A stretch of DNA of 5,364 nucleotides, from IMG/VR virus record IMGVR_UViG_2875713109_000006, one strand, 5' to 3'. The DNA comes from a virus (lineage: Duplodnaviria; Heunggongvirae; Uroviricota; Caudoviricetes). Shown here piece after piece: positions 1 through 5,235 of the stretch. Position numbers and translations under genes: made by a program. The first letter of the stretch is position 1; every line of letters begins with the position of its first letter. The notes under the pieces were generated by a model. It searched no databases and had not been told where the DNA came from. It was given only the letters and a program-made list of their open reading frames with translations.

Positions 1-276
1 AAGATACCTAGCATAAAGAATGATTGATTTTTGAATGATCTATTTTATGATTTATTGCAATAAAATCCAAGCCATCTATATGGTAAATTGCCATAAAATC
101 AATCAGTTCAATAAATCAGGCTGAAACACGACTTCGATATAACATCAAAGAAAATAAAAATAATATATATAAATCATAAAGATAGAATACTCACAACAAC
201 CTTATCCCCACGAAAAACTGATAAACACTGAAATTCTTTTCAATCTTTTCAGTTTGGGTTTTCCGCAAAGCCACCA
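1..276. other. AT-rich non-coding tract with short repeated motifs (AAATCA, ATGAT) and one near-DnaA-box TTATCCCCA at 202..210
   Basis: All six frames are dense in stop codons. The only ATG-initiated ORF (35..124, 29 aa) has no Shine-Dalgarno and low-complexity composition. Base composition is visibly more AT-rich than the adjacent coding DNA. TTATCCCCA matches the DnaA box consensus TTATNCACA at 8 of 9 positions. Confidence 0.5.
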
Positions 277-342
277 GTGCTGGCGCGAGATGACAGTCTG
301 GTTTGTAGAAAAATAAAACTGAAAAAATTTATCGATCCAGAA

Positions 343-360
343 ACCGCAGGCGGGTGCGGT
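343..360 (-). terminator. Candidate stem-loop (ACCGCA / 6-nt loop / TGCGGT), possible weak terminator for the leftward early operon
   Basis: Perfect 6-bp inverted repeat 343..348 / 355..360. On the - strand the stem is followed by UUUCUGG and, a few nt later, by U-rich runs; the U-tract is not contiguous with the stem, so a classical intrinsic terminator is doubtful. Confidence 0.25.
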
Positions 361-370
361 GTAGTGCCGT

Positions 371-400
371 TTTTGTCTGCGAAAGATTTATTTTGTCTGC
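371..400. repeat. Exact 10-bp tandem direct repeat TTTTGTCTGC (371..380 and 391..400), 20-bp periodicity
   Basis: Read directly from the sequence: ttttgtctgc-gaaagattta-ttttgtctgc. It lies in the non-coding stretch downstream of the exonuclease gene. Confidence 0.6.
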
Positions 401-554
401 ATGTGGCTACCTCAGAGCGTCGCTGTGAATTTGATCTTATTGCGGTGTCGCAGTGGTTACCCGCGATCGTTTTTTCGCAGTTCGGCCTTTTTCTGGCCAG
501 CCACTACTGCATCAAGGTATTTCGGCGCAATCTTTATCGTGTGGATTTTGATTG

Positions 555-1259
555 TCATTTTGCACCGCCTTCTGCAATAGCAAGGATCACACCAAGCGTC
601 AGATTGCAGTCATACAACGCTCTATGTGGTGCACCTTCTCCGGCATCAACCTTAAGCGCCGCCGCTGCATCCACAAGTCGTTTCCAGCGGGTTTTACGGC
701 GTACAACATCCCATTCACCGTTATAATCTGCGTACAGCTGCATTACGCACTCAGGGGTGCATATATCCTCATGCTGTTCATAATCCCCACCAGACTGGCG
801 CAACATACGCGCATCAAATTTTGCGTTATATGCGACCCAGCCTTTACTTGTTAACTCCAATACTTTCGGCAGAATTTCCAACCATGATGGTGCATTAGCA
901 ACCATTTCATCCGTAATACCGTGAATTGCAGTTGCCGCTTCTGGAATAGATTTCGATGGCTTGACCAGCGTATTAAGCAAAACGTAACCAGCACAGTCGA
1001 TGATCGAAATTTCTACAATTTCATCATCAAATCCTAGTCCTGTGGTTTCTGTATCAAGAATGACAAAGCCCTTATCAATCCAGCGCTTTGCTATCTGTTG
1101 TTCGGTTTCCAGACGGTCGGAAAAATACAGAGACTGATCGGTGATCCTCCAACACTGGCGAATCACATCGCGCAACGAAGCCCCTTCTTTAGCTCTGGCA
1201 CCAGAAACCACCCCACCCAAAATGGCCGAAAAAAGTTGATTGCGAGTGCTCAATTCCAT
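555..1259 (-). CDS. DnaQ-like (DEDDh) 3'-5' exonuclease with an N-terminal extension of roughly 60 aa
   Basis: The translation contains the three exonuclease motifs in the right order: [10 protein letters not shown] (Exo I), [10 protein letters not shown] (Exo II), HRALYDCNL (Exo III-epsilon, H-x-A-x-x-D). ATG at 1259..1257 is preceded by AAAGGCGG. The ORF track starts at an in-frame TTG at 1280, which would add 7 aa. The gene overlaps the stop of the upstream 77-aa ORF by 10 nt. Confidence 0.8.
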   Translation of the reverse strand: MELSTRNQLFSAILGGVVSGARAKEGASLRDVIRQCWRITDQSLYFSDRLETEQQIAKRWIDKGFVILDTETTGLGFDDEIVEISIIDCAGYVLLNTLVKPSKSIPEAATAIHGITDEMVANAPSWLEILPKVLELTSKGWVAYNAKFDARMLRQSGGDYEQHEDICTPECVMQLYADYNGEWDVVRRKTRWKRLVDAAAALKVDAGEGAPHRALYDCNLTLGVILAIAEGGAK

Positions 1260-1483
1260 GCCGCACCGCCTTTGCTGCAAATCGCTGCGGCTTCTTCGCG
1301 GATTAACTCAACGATTTCCGTTGCGCTTAAACCTTCATTGGCCGCATGAGTGGCCAGCTTATCCAGACGGGTGGAACACAGATCAGCTGCTGCGGCTTTA
1401 CCTTCCTGCGTGGCTTTGGTGAGCATGGCCAGCAGGTCGGTGCCTGATTTTGTTGCGGGTAAATCCTGACGTGTCATGTGCAT
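1250..1483 (-). CDS. Hypothetical small alanine-rich protein (77 aa)
   Basis: ORF with ATG at 1483..1481 preceded by AAGGAAA at about 7 nt spacing. Its stop overlaps the exonuclease start, suggesting translational coupling. No motif recognised. Confidence 0.55.
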   Translation of the reverse strand: MHMTRQDLPATKSGTDLLAMLTKATQEGKAAAADLCSTRLDKLATHAANEGLSATEIVELIREEAAAICSKGGAAWN

Positions 1484-1512
1484 TTTGGTTTCCTTAAGGC
1501 AAAAGAATCCCC

Positions 1513-1531
1513 GGCCACTTGAACCGTGGCC
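1513..1531 (-). other. Stem-loop GGCCAC / 7-nt loop / GTGGCC in the 67-nt gap between orf133 and orf77
   Basis: Perfect 6-bp GC-rich inverted repeat. On the - strand transcript it is followed by GGGGAUUCUUUUG, an imperfect U-tract. It is the only sizeable intergenic gap in the otherwise tightly packed leftward operon. Confidence 0.3.
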
Positions 1532-1550
1532 AAAAAATTCAGGCTGTTAA

Positions 1551-1952
1551 TTAGTGAAAAGTGGGTTGTACTGTGGCGGCTGAGTAGTTCGGTGCCGGAA
1601 TCAGGTGCAGCTCATAGGTTATCCGCCACCACTCCTGGATCAGCGCTTTTATCTCGCCAACGCCCAACGCCCCGGCTGTATAGAAAATTGCACGAATCCC
1701 CGCCAGCGCTTCTATCTGGGCTTCTTTGCTTTTCGCTTCGCGATATACGCAGCACCAGAAAGCAGCATTGATCGCCAGCCAGTGACGCGGATTTGTCATG
1801 TGTTCAGTGTCGTTGAAGAAGAACGGATGCAAAGCGATACGCCCATTTTTACTGGTGCTTTTCTCTGCAAACGCTAATGCGTAGTTATGCGGGACGCCCC
1901 ACACAGCCAGCTCTGCCCCTAGTGATTTACCTTCAACCGAAATAATGGACAT
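1551..1952 (-). CDS. Hypothetical protein (133 aa), translationally coupled to the upstream gene
   Basis: Its ATG (1952..1950) overlaps the TGA of the 142-aa ORF by one base (TGATG), with AGGGGAA 8 nt upstream. No motif recognised. Position is syntenic with the fil/dhr region of phage 186, but identity is unproven. Confidence 0.6.
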   Translation of the reverse strand: MSIISVEGKSLGAELAVWGVPHNYALAFAEKSTSKNGRIALHPFFFNDTEHMTNPRHWLAINAAFWCCVYREAKSKEAQIEALAGIRAIFYTAGALGVGEIKALIQEWWRITYELHLIPAPNYSAATVQPTFH

Positions 1953-2380
1953 CAGTGATTCCCCTGTTGCTGTAACTTCTGGACAATATGAGGTGCAACC
2001 ACCATCTGCACCCCGCTGCTGCTATAAATTGGATGAACCTTCTTGATTGGGCGGTTCGCGGTACGTTTCGAAAAATCGCTGTCACGTAAACTGCCGAAAC
2101 CTTCAAACGTTAACCGCGCCCGTGAAATGCCCTGGCGCAGTTGAATCATGTCCCGATAGCCCAGGCGTTCATAAAGCTCACGCCAGCAGCACTTGCTTAA
2201 ATGGGCTTTAAATGCCCCGGTACCAGAAGTAACCGCAGCAGCATGAAGTACTACGCCGCGCCACTCCGGTGTCAAGTTGTCCCACCATTCAGCGGCCTCG
2301 CTGCTTTCGCTGAAGTATTTGCGGCGGATCTGTTTTAAATGCTCCAGCCCGCGCTTTTGCTGTTCCTGGCTAATCGCCAT
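1952..2380 (-). CDS. Hypothetical protein (142 aa)
   Basis: ORF with ATG at 2380..2378, starting 9 nt after the stop of the 57-aa ORF. Same strand and tight spacing as the flanking early genes. No motif recognised. Confidence 0.6.
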   Translation of the reverse strand: MAISQEQQKRGLEHLKQIRRKYFSESSEAAEWWDNLTPEWRGVVLHAAAVTSGTGAFKAHLSKCCWRELYERLGYRDMIQLRQGISRARLTFEGFGSLRDSDFSKRTANRPIKKVHPIYSSSGVQMVVAPHIVQKLQQQGNH

Positions 2381-2389
2381 AGCGTCCCC

Positions 2390-2563
2390 CTATAGCCCCA
2401 TCAGACGACGCCACCACGGGCGACGCGGCTGCTGGCCATTGAATTTGTACATGTGGCCAGGGTTCCAGCGCTGACCGTTCGGCAGTTCAATCCAGCCCGT
2501 TGAACCACTGGGCAATTGCATGGCCGGTGATTCGTTTTTCAGGTAAGTGACAAACGCTTTCAT
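2390..2563 (-). CDS. Hypothetical small basic protein (57 aa: MKAFVTYLKNESPAMQLPSGSTGWIELPNGQRWNPGHMYKFNGQQPRRPWWRRLMGL)
   Basis: Not in the supplied ORF track (below its length cut-off); translated by hand. ATG at 2563..2561 is preceded by GAGGGAGA at 3 nt spacing and lies 9 nt after the cII stop. Stop TAG at 2392..2390. Confidence 0.45.
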   Translation of the reverse strand: MKAFVTYLKNESPAMQLPSGSTGWIELPNGQRWNPGHMYKFNGQQPRRPWWRRLMGL

Positions 2564-2572
2564 GGTTCTCCC

Positions 2573-3076
2573 TCACATCAGGCCGGTGGCGTTGGTTGTG
2601 ACCAGATCCACCGCAGCGGCCAAAACCGGCGCAGAGTGAATACGGCTTTCAACGGTATAAGCCAGCACGGATAAGCTACGGATTGCATCTCGGGCACGAT
2701 CCAGAATTTGAGTACGGCGGGCGGCGGTCATATGACCAGCTGATACGGCTTCCCCAGCAATCGCGCCCACACTGGCTGTGGCGCTCAGTGCACACAGTTG
2801 CATGTTGCCTTCTGTTGCATTGTTCACCGGTACGGATGGAAGGCAGTTAATCTGCCCCAGCATCCCATCCAGTAAACGCGCATCTTCGGTGTAATCCGTG
2901 ATAGCCAAAAGTTCATCACAGGTCAGGCGGTGCGGTTGCGCTGGGTTCAGTTTATTACGCAGGATCTGTGGCCTCATACCAACGGCAGCGGCCACATCTT
3001 CAAGATTGTGCTCAATTGCAAATGCTCGGCAAGCCGCATCAAAGTGCGCATGTTTAGAGGTCTGGTAATCAAACAT
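2573..3076 (-). CDS. cII: CII-like transcriptional activator (167 aa), phage 186 CII family
   Basis: N-terminus MFDYQTSKHAHFDAACRAFA and the internal LRNKLNP-QPH segment match my recollection of phage 186 CII, which is of similar length. Strong RBS GGGAGAGG 6 nt upstream of the ATG. Located directly downstream of the Apl-like gene, as in 186. Confidence 0.75.
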   Translation of the reverse strand: MFDYQTSKHAHFDAACRAFAIEHNLEDVAAAVGMRPQILRNKLNPAQPHRLTCDELLAITDYTEDARLLDGMLGQINCLPSVPVNNATEGNMQLCALSATASVGAIAGEAVSAGHMTAARRTQILDRARDAIRSLSVLAYTVESRIHSAPVLAAAVDLVTTNATGLM

Positions 3077-3106
3077 TGTTTGCCTCTCCCTAATCCGTAG
3101 GATGGA

Positions 3107-3328
3107 TTACGCTTTAAGCGAAATGTCACATTCGCTTAAAGCCTGAATAGTGAGCGCGGCCATGTTGACTTCGACCAGGCCTTTCTTCTGCTTACCCTTC
3201 GGCTTAATAGGTAATTTCCCGTATTCGATCAGGTTCCTGGCGGTTTCTTTGTTGGTACCAGTACGGCGGCAATACTCGTCTAAAGGCAGGTATGGCTCTG
3301 GGATGATGATTGTAATGTTCGGACGCAT
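3107..3328 (-). CDS. apl: Apl/Cox-like small HTH protein (excisionase / lytic-side repressor), 73 aa
   Basis: First gene of the leftward operon, divergent from the repressor gene. ATG at 3328..3326 is preceded by GGAG at 8 nt spacing. The N-terminus MRPNITIIIPEPYLPLDEYCRRTGTNKETARNLIEYGKLPI aligns in register with my recollection of the P2 Cox N-terminus. The ORF track extends it to a GTG at 3388 (93 aa); the true start is unresolved. Confidence 0.65.
   Translation of the reverse strand: MRPNITIIIPEPYLPLDEYCRRTGTNKETARNLIEYGKLPIKPKGKQKKGLVEVNMAALTIQALSECDISLKA
3111..3142. promoter_or_regulatory. Perfect 12-bp inverted repeat GCTTTAAGCGAA / 8-bp spacer / TTCGCTTAAAGC inside the last 11 codons of apl
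   Basis: Read directly: gctttaagcgaa-atgtcaca-ttcgcttaaagc. It encodes ALSECDISLKA on the - strand and is not followed by a T-tract on either strand, so it is not a terminator. It lies about 280 bp from the switch. Confidence 0.4.
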
Positions 3329-3447
3329 GAGGCAAACTCCATAAGTTAACCTGTACGGCAATACAGGGCTGTAACTGTCAATATTCACTTAAACCTACAA
3401 AGCGGAGTTTAAACTCACTCCGCGCAAGATTTCAAGGTAAAACTTTC
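3329..3447. promoter_or_regulatory. Divergent apl-cI intergenic region: presumed lysis/lysogeny switch with promoters and operators
   Basis: Contains (i) dyad CCTGTA-N6-TACAGG at 3350..3367; (ii) a perfect 12-bp palindrome GAGTTTAAACTC at 3405..3416 nested in GCGGAGT-N8-ACTCCGC (3402..3423); (iii) a candidate - strand promoter TTGAAA (3435..3430), 16-bp spacer, TTTAAA (3413..3408); (iv) a perfect TTGACA on the - strand (3381..3376) with no matching -10. Promoter assignments are by eye and uncertain. Confidence 0.5.
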
Positions 3448-4026
3448 GTGAATCTACAAATTGAGTTTTCTCATGGCGGAGCTGAGGTACTAGATAGAGT
3501 TATCCAAGCGTATGGATTCAACACAAAACTAGCCCTAGCCGAACATCTTGATATAGCAAGCAGCAGTCTGGCTAACCGGTATAAGAGGGATTTTTTTCCA
3601 GCTGATATCGTTGTTAGATGTATGGCTGAAACAGGAGCTACTCTGGAATGGCTTGCGACTGGACAAGGTAGAAAGTTTAACGATGACGAATTAGACATCA
3701 TGAAATTGCCACGCAAGAAGATTGTGGACGGAAAACTCTATGAGTCTGGTTTCCTAATGCTCGATAAGGTTACTTTTTTACCTGGCAAACCTTTACCGCA
3801 GAATCCTATCTGTGTGATTGATAACACAATGCAATACATTGTTGATCAACACTTTACTGAAGTTTATGACGATGTTTGGCTTGTCGAAGTTGAAGGTAAA
3901 ACCAGCGTTAGAACACTAACACGCATCCCTGTGGGAAAAGTTAGAGTAAGCGGCGTAGGTATGGCTTTTGACTGCGGTATTGACGATATAAAAATCATCG
4001 GCCGCATTGTTCTGACGATTGAATGA
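3448..4026 (+). CDS. cI: CI-type immunity repressor (192 aa), phage 186 CI family
   Basis: Length and N-terminal region (VLDRVIQAYGF...LDIASSSLANRY) match my recollection of 186 CI (192 aa). N-terminal HTH-like segment followed by a C-terminal domain. GTG start at 3448 with AAGGT about 10 nt upstream; there is no in-frame ATG near the N-terminus. Directly upstream of and co-oriented with int. Confidence 0.75.
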   Translation: MNLQIEFSHGGAEVLDRVIQAYGFNTKLALAEHLDIASSSLANRYKRDFFPADIVVRCMAETGATLEWLATGQGRKFNDDELDIMKLPRKKIVDGKLYESGFLMLDKVTFLPGKPLPQNPICVIDNTMQYIVDQHFTEVYDDVWLVEVEGKTSVRTLTRIPVGKVRVSGVGMAFDCGIDDIKIIGRIVLTIE

Positions 4027-4027
4027 A

Positions 4028-5068
4028 ATGAGTGTTCGTAAACTTCCGACAGGCGAATGGATCGCCGACTTCTACACCGTCAACCGTAGTAATGGTAAGA
4101 ACGGGAAGCGCATACGTAAAAAATTTGCCACGAAGGGGGAAGCCCTGGCATTTGAGAACCATACGCTTCAGAAAGTAGACAGTGCGCCCTGGCTGGGTGA
4201 AGGGAAGGACAAACGAACTTTAATAGACCTGATCACAATGTGGTATGAACGCCACGGAGTAGCTTTGCGCAATGGTCAAAAGCGCAAAGACGCTATGACC
4301 TGGGCGGCAGAGTGCATGGGATTCCCGCTAGCTACAGAGTTTAATGCCCAGCTGTTCACGGCCTACCGCGCAAAAAGGCTTGATGGGCATTATGCCCGCA
4401 CTAGCAGAGTATCCAAGGTTTCCCCGAAAACAATGAACCTTGAACATGCTTACTTCCTGGCTATGTTCAACGAGCTGAAACGAATCGGGGAATGGTCAGC
4501 CCCCAACCCACTGGAAAACGTCAGACAGTATCGTACTGATGAAACCGAAATGGCTTTCCTCACTGCTGAAGAAATTGAGCTGCTTTTGCTGGAATGCAAA
4601 CGAAGCAAAGTAAAATACTTGGAGCTAGTCGTAAAAATCTGTCTTGCGACCGGCGCAAGATGGAATGAAGCGGCAACGCTGAAAAGCTCTCAGATCGCAG
4701 GCGATAAAGTTACGTTCGTCAAAACCAAAGGGAAGCGCAACAGAACAATCCCCCTTGATGATGAACTTCTATCCGAATTGCCTGAAACGAAAGGCGCTCT
4801 GTTCCCCAAACCCTGCTATAACGCGTTCCGCTCTGCTTTGGAACGCGCAGGCATTGAACTCCCCTCCGGCCAGCTTACCCATGTACTGCGCCATACATTT
4901 GCCAGCCACTTTATGATGAACGGCGGGAACATTCTGGTTCTGCAAAAAATTCTCGGCCACGCTGACATCACTATGACAATGCGTTATGCCCATTTCGCCC
5001 CAAGCCACCTTGAAGATGCCGTGCGACTTAACCCCTTAAAATGTCGCAAAAATGTCGCGACAGCTTAG
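4028..5068 (+). CDS. int: Tyrosine recombinase / phage integrase, P2/186 Int family (346 aa)
   Basis: Catalytic signature present: LATGARWNEA (box I Arg), HVLRHTFASHF (His-x-x-Arg) and TMRYAHF (Tyr nucleophile). N-terminus resembles P2 Int. ATG at 4028 lies 1 nt after the cI stop TGA (4024..4026). The ORF track begins at an in-frame TTG at 4019, which would overlap cI by 8 nt. Confidence 0.9.
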   Translation: MSVRKLPTGEWIADFYTVNRSNGKNGKRIRKKFATKGEALAFENHTLQKVDSAPWLGEGKDKRTLIDLITMWYERHGVALRNGQKRKDAMTWAAECMGFPLATEFNAQLFTAYRAKRLDGHYARTSRVSKVSPKTMNLEHAYFLAMFNELKRIGEWSAPNPLENVRQYRTDETEMAFLTAEEIELLLLECKRSKVKYLELVVKICLATGARWNEAATLKSSQIAGDKVTFVKTKGKRNRTIPLDDELLSELPETKGALFPKPCYNAFRSALERAGIELPSGQLTHVLRHTFASHFMMNGGNILVLQKILGHADITMTMRYAHFAPSHLEDAVRLNPLKCRKNVATA

Positions 5069-5235
5069 AAATACTGCCGAATACTCACAGATATTAACTA
5101 ACGTAACTTATTGATAACACTGTAAGTTATTGTTTTTCGTAGATAGTTGATGCTTTATAATATAGCCTGTGCTATATCTGTATGTAATGCAATCATCCCT
5201 CAAGGATCGACGGGATTAGCAAGTCAGGAGGTCTT
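5069..5235. other. AT-rich spacer downstream of int; candidate att / prophage-end region
   Basis: In P2-like phages the attachment site lies just beyond the 3' end of int. The region holds direct repeats TAACTTATTG (5103..5112) and TAAGTTATTG (5123..5132) and AATACT (5070..5075, 5080..5085), plus a TATAAT hexamer at 5156..5161. No tRNA-like structure was seen and the core cannot be identified from the sequence alone. Confidence 0.3.

Noticed and set aside
35-124. 29-aa ORF (MIYFMIYCNKIQAIYMVNCHKINQFNKSG) in the AT-rich tract
   Set aside because: It has no Shine-Dalgarno and low-complexity AT-driven composition, and is flanked by stop codons in every frame. It is most likely fortuitous.
271-280. 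Chi-like sequence (ACTGGTGG on the - strand)
   Set aside because: It matches only 7 of 8 positions of GCTGGTGG, and Chi requires an exact octamer.
277-726. 149-aa + strand ORF from the track
   Set aside because: It starts at GTG with no Shine-Dalgarno and has no internal ATG. Its 3' third is antisense to the well-supported exonuclease gene, and no motif was recognised. It is most likely a chance open frame.
552-1422. + strand ORFs 552..854, 1098..1349 and 1240..1422
   Set aside because: They lie entirely antisense to the exonuclease and orf77 genes, which have motif and RBS support. They are short, and such shadow ORFs are expected by chance opposite GC-rich coding sequence.
1526-2474. + strand ORFs 1526..1771, 1605..1877 and 2277..2474
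   Set aside because: They are antisense to the coupled orf133/orf142/orf57 genes, have no convincing RBS, and are most likely shadow ORFs.
3111-3142. The 12-bp inverted repeat as a rho-independent terminator
   Set aside because: Neither strand has a T-tract after the stem, and it sits inside apl, immediately upstream of the co-transcribed cII gene.
3376-3381. Perfect TTGACA -35 hexamer on the - strand
   Set aside because: No acceptable -10 hexamer lies 15-19 bp downstream on that strand. It may be part of an operator, or lie in coding sequence if apl starts at GTG 3388, so it was not called as a promoter.
3150-3716. ORFs 3150..3344 (+) and 3471..3716 (-)
   Set aside because: They are antisense to the apl and cI genes respectively, which are supported by homology and synteny, so they are unlikely to be genuine.
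4769-5008. 79-aa - strand ORF inside int
   Set aside because: It is antisense to the catalytic region of the integrase, which carries the conserved His-x-x-Arg and Tyr motifs, so it is a chance ORF.
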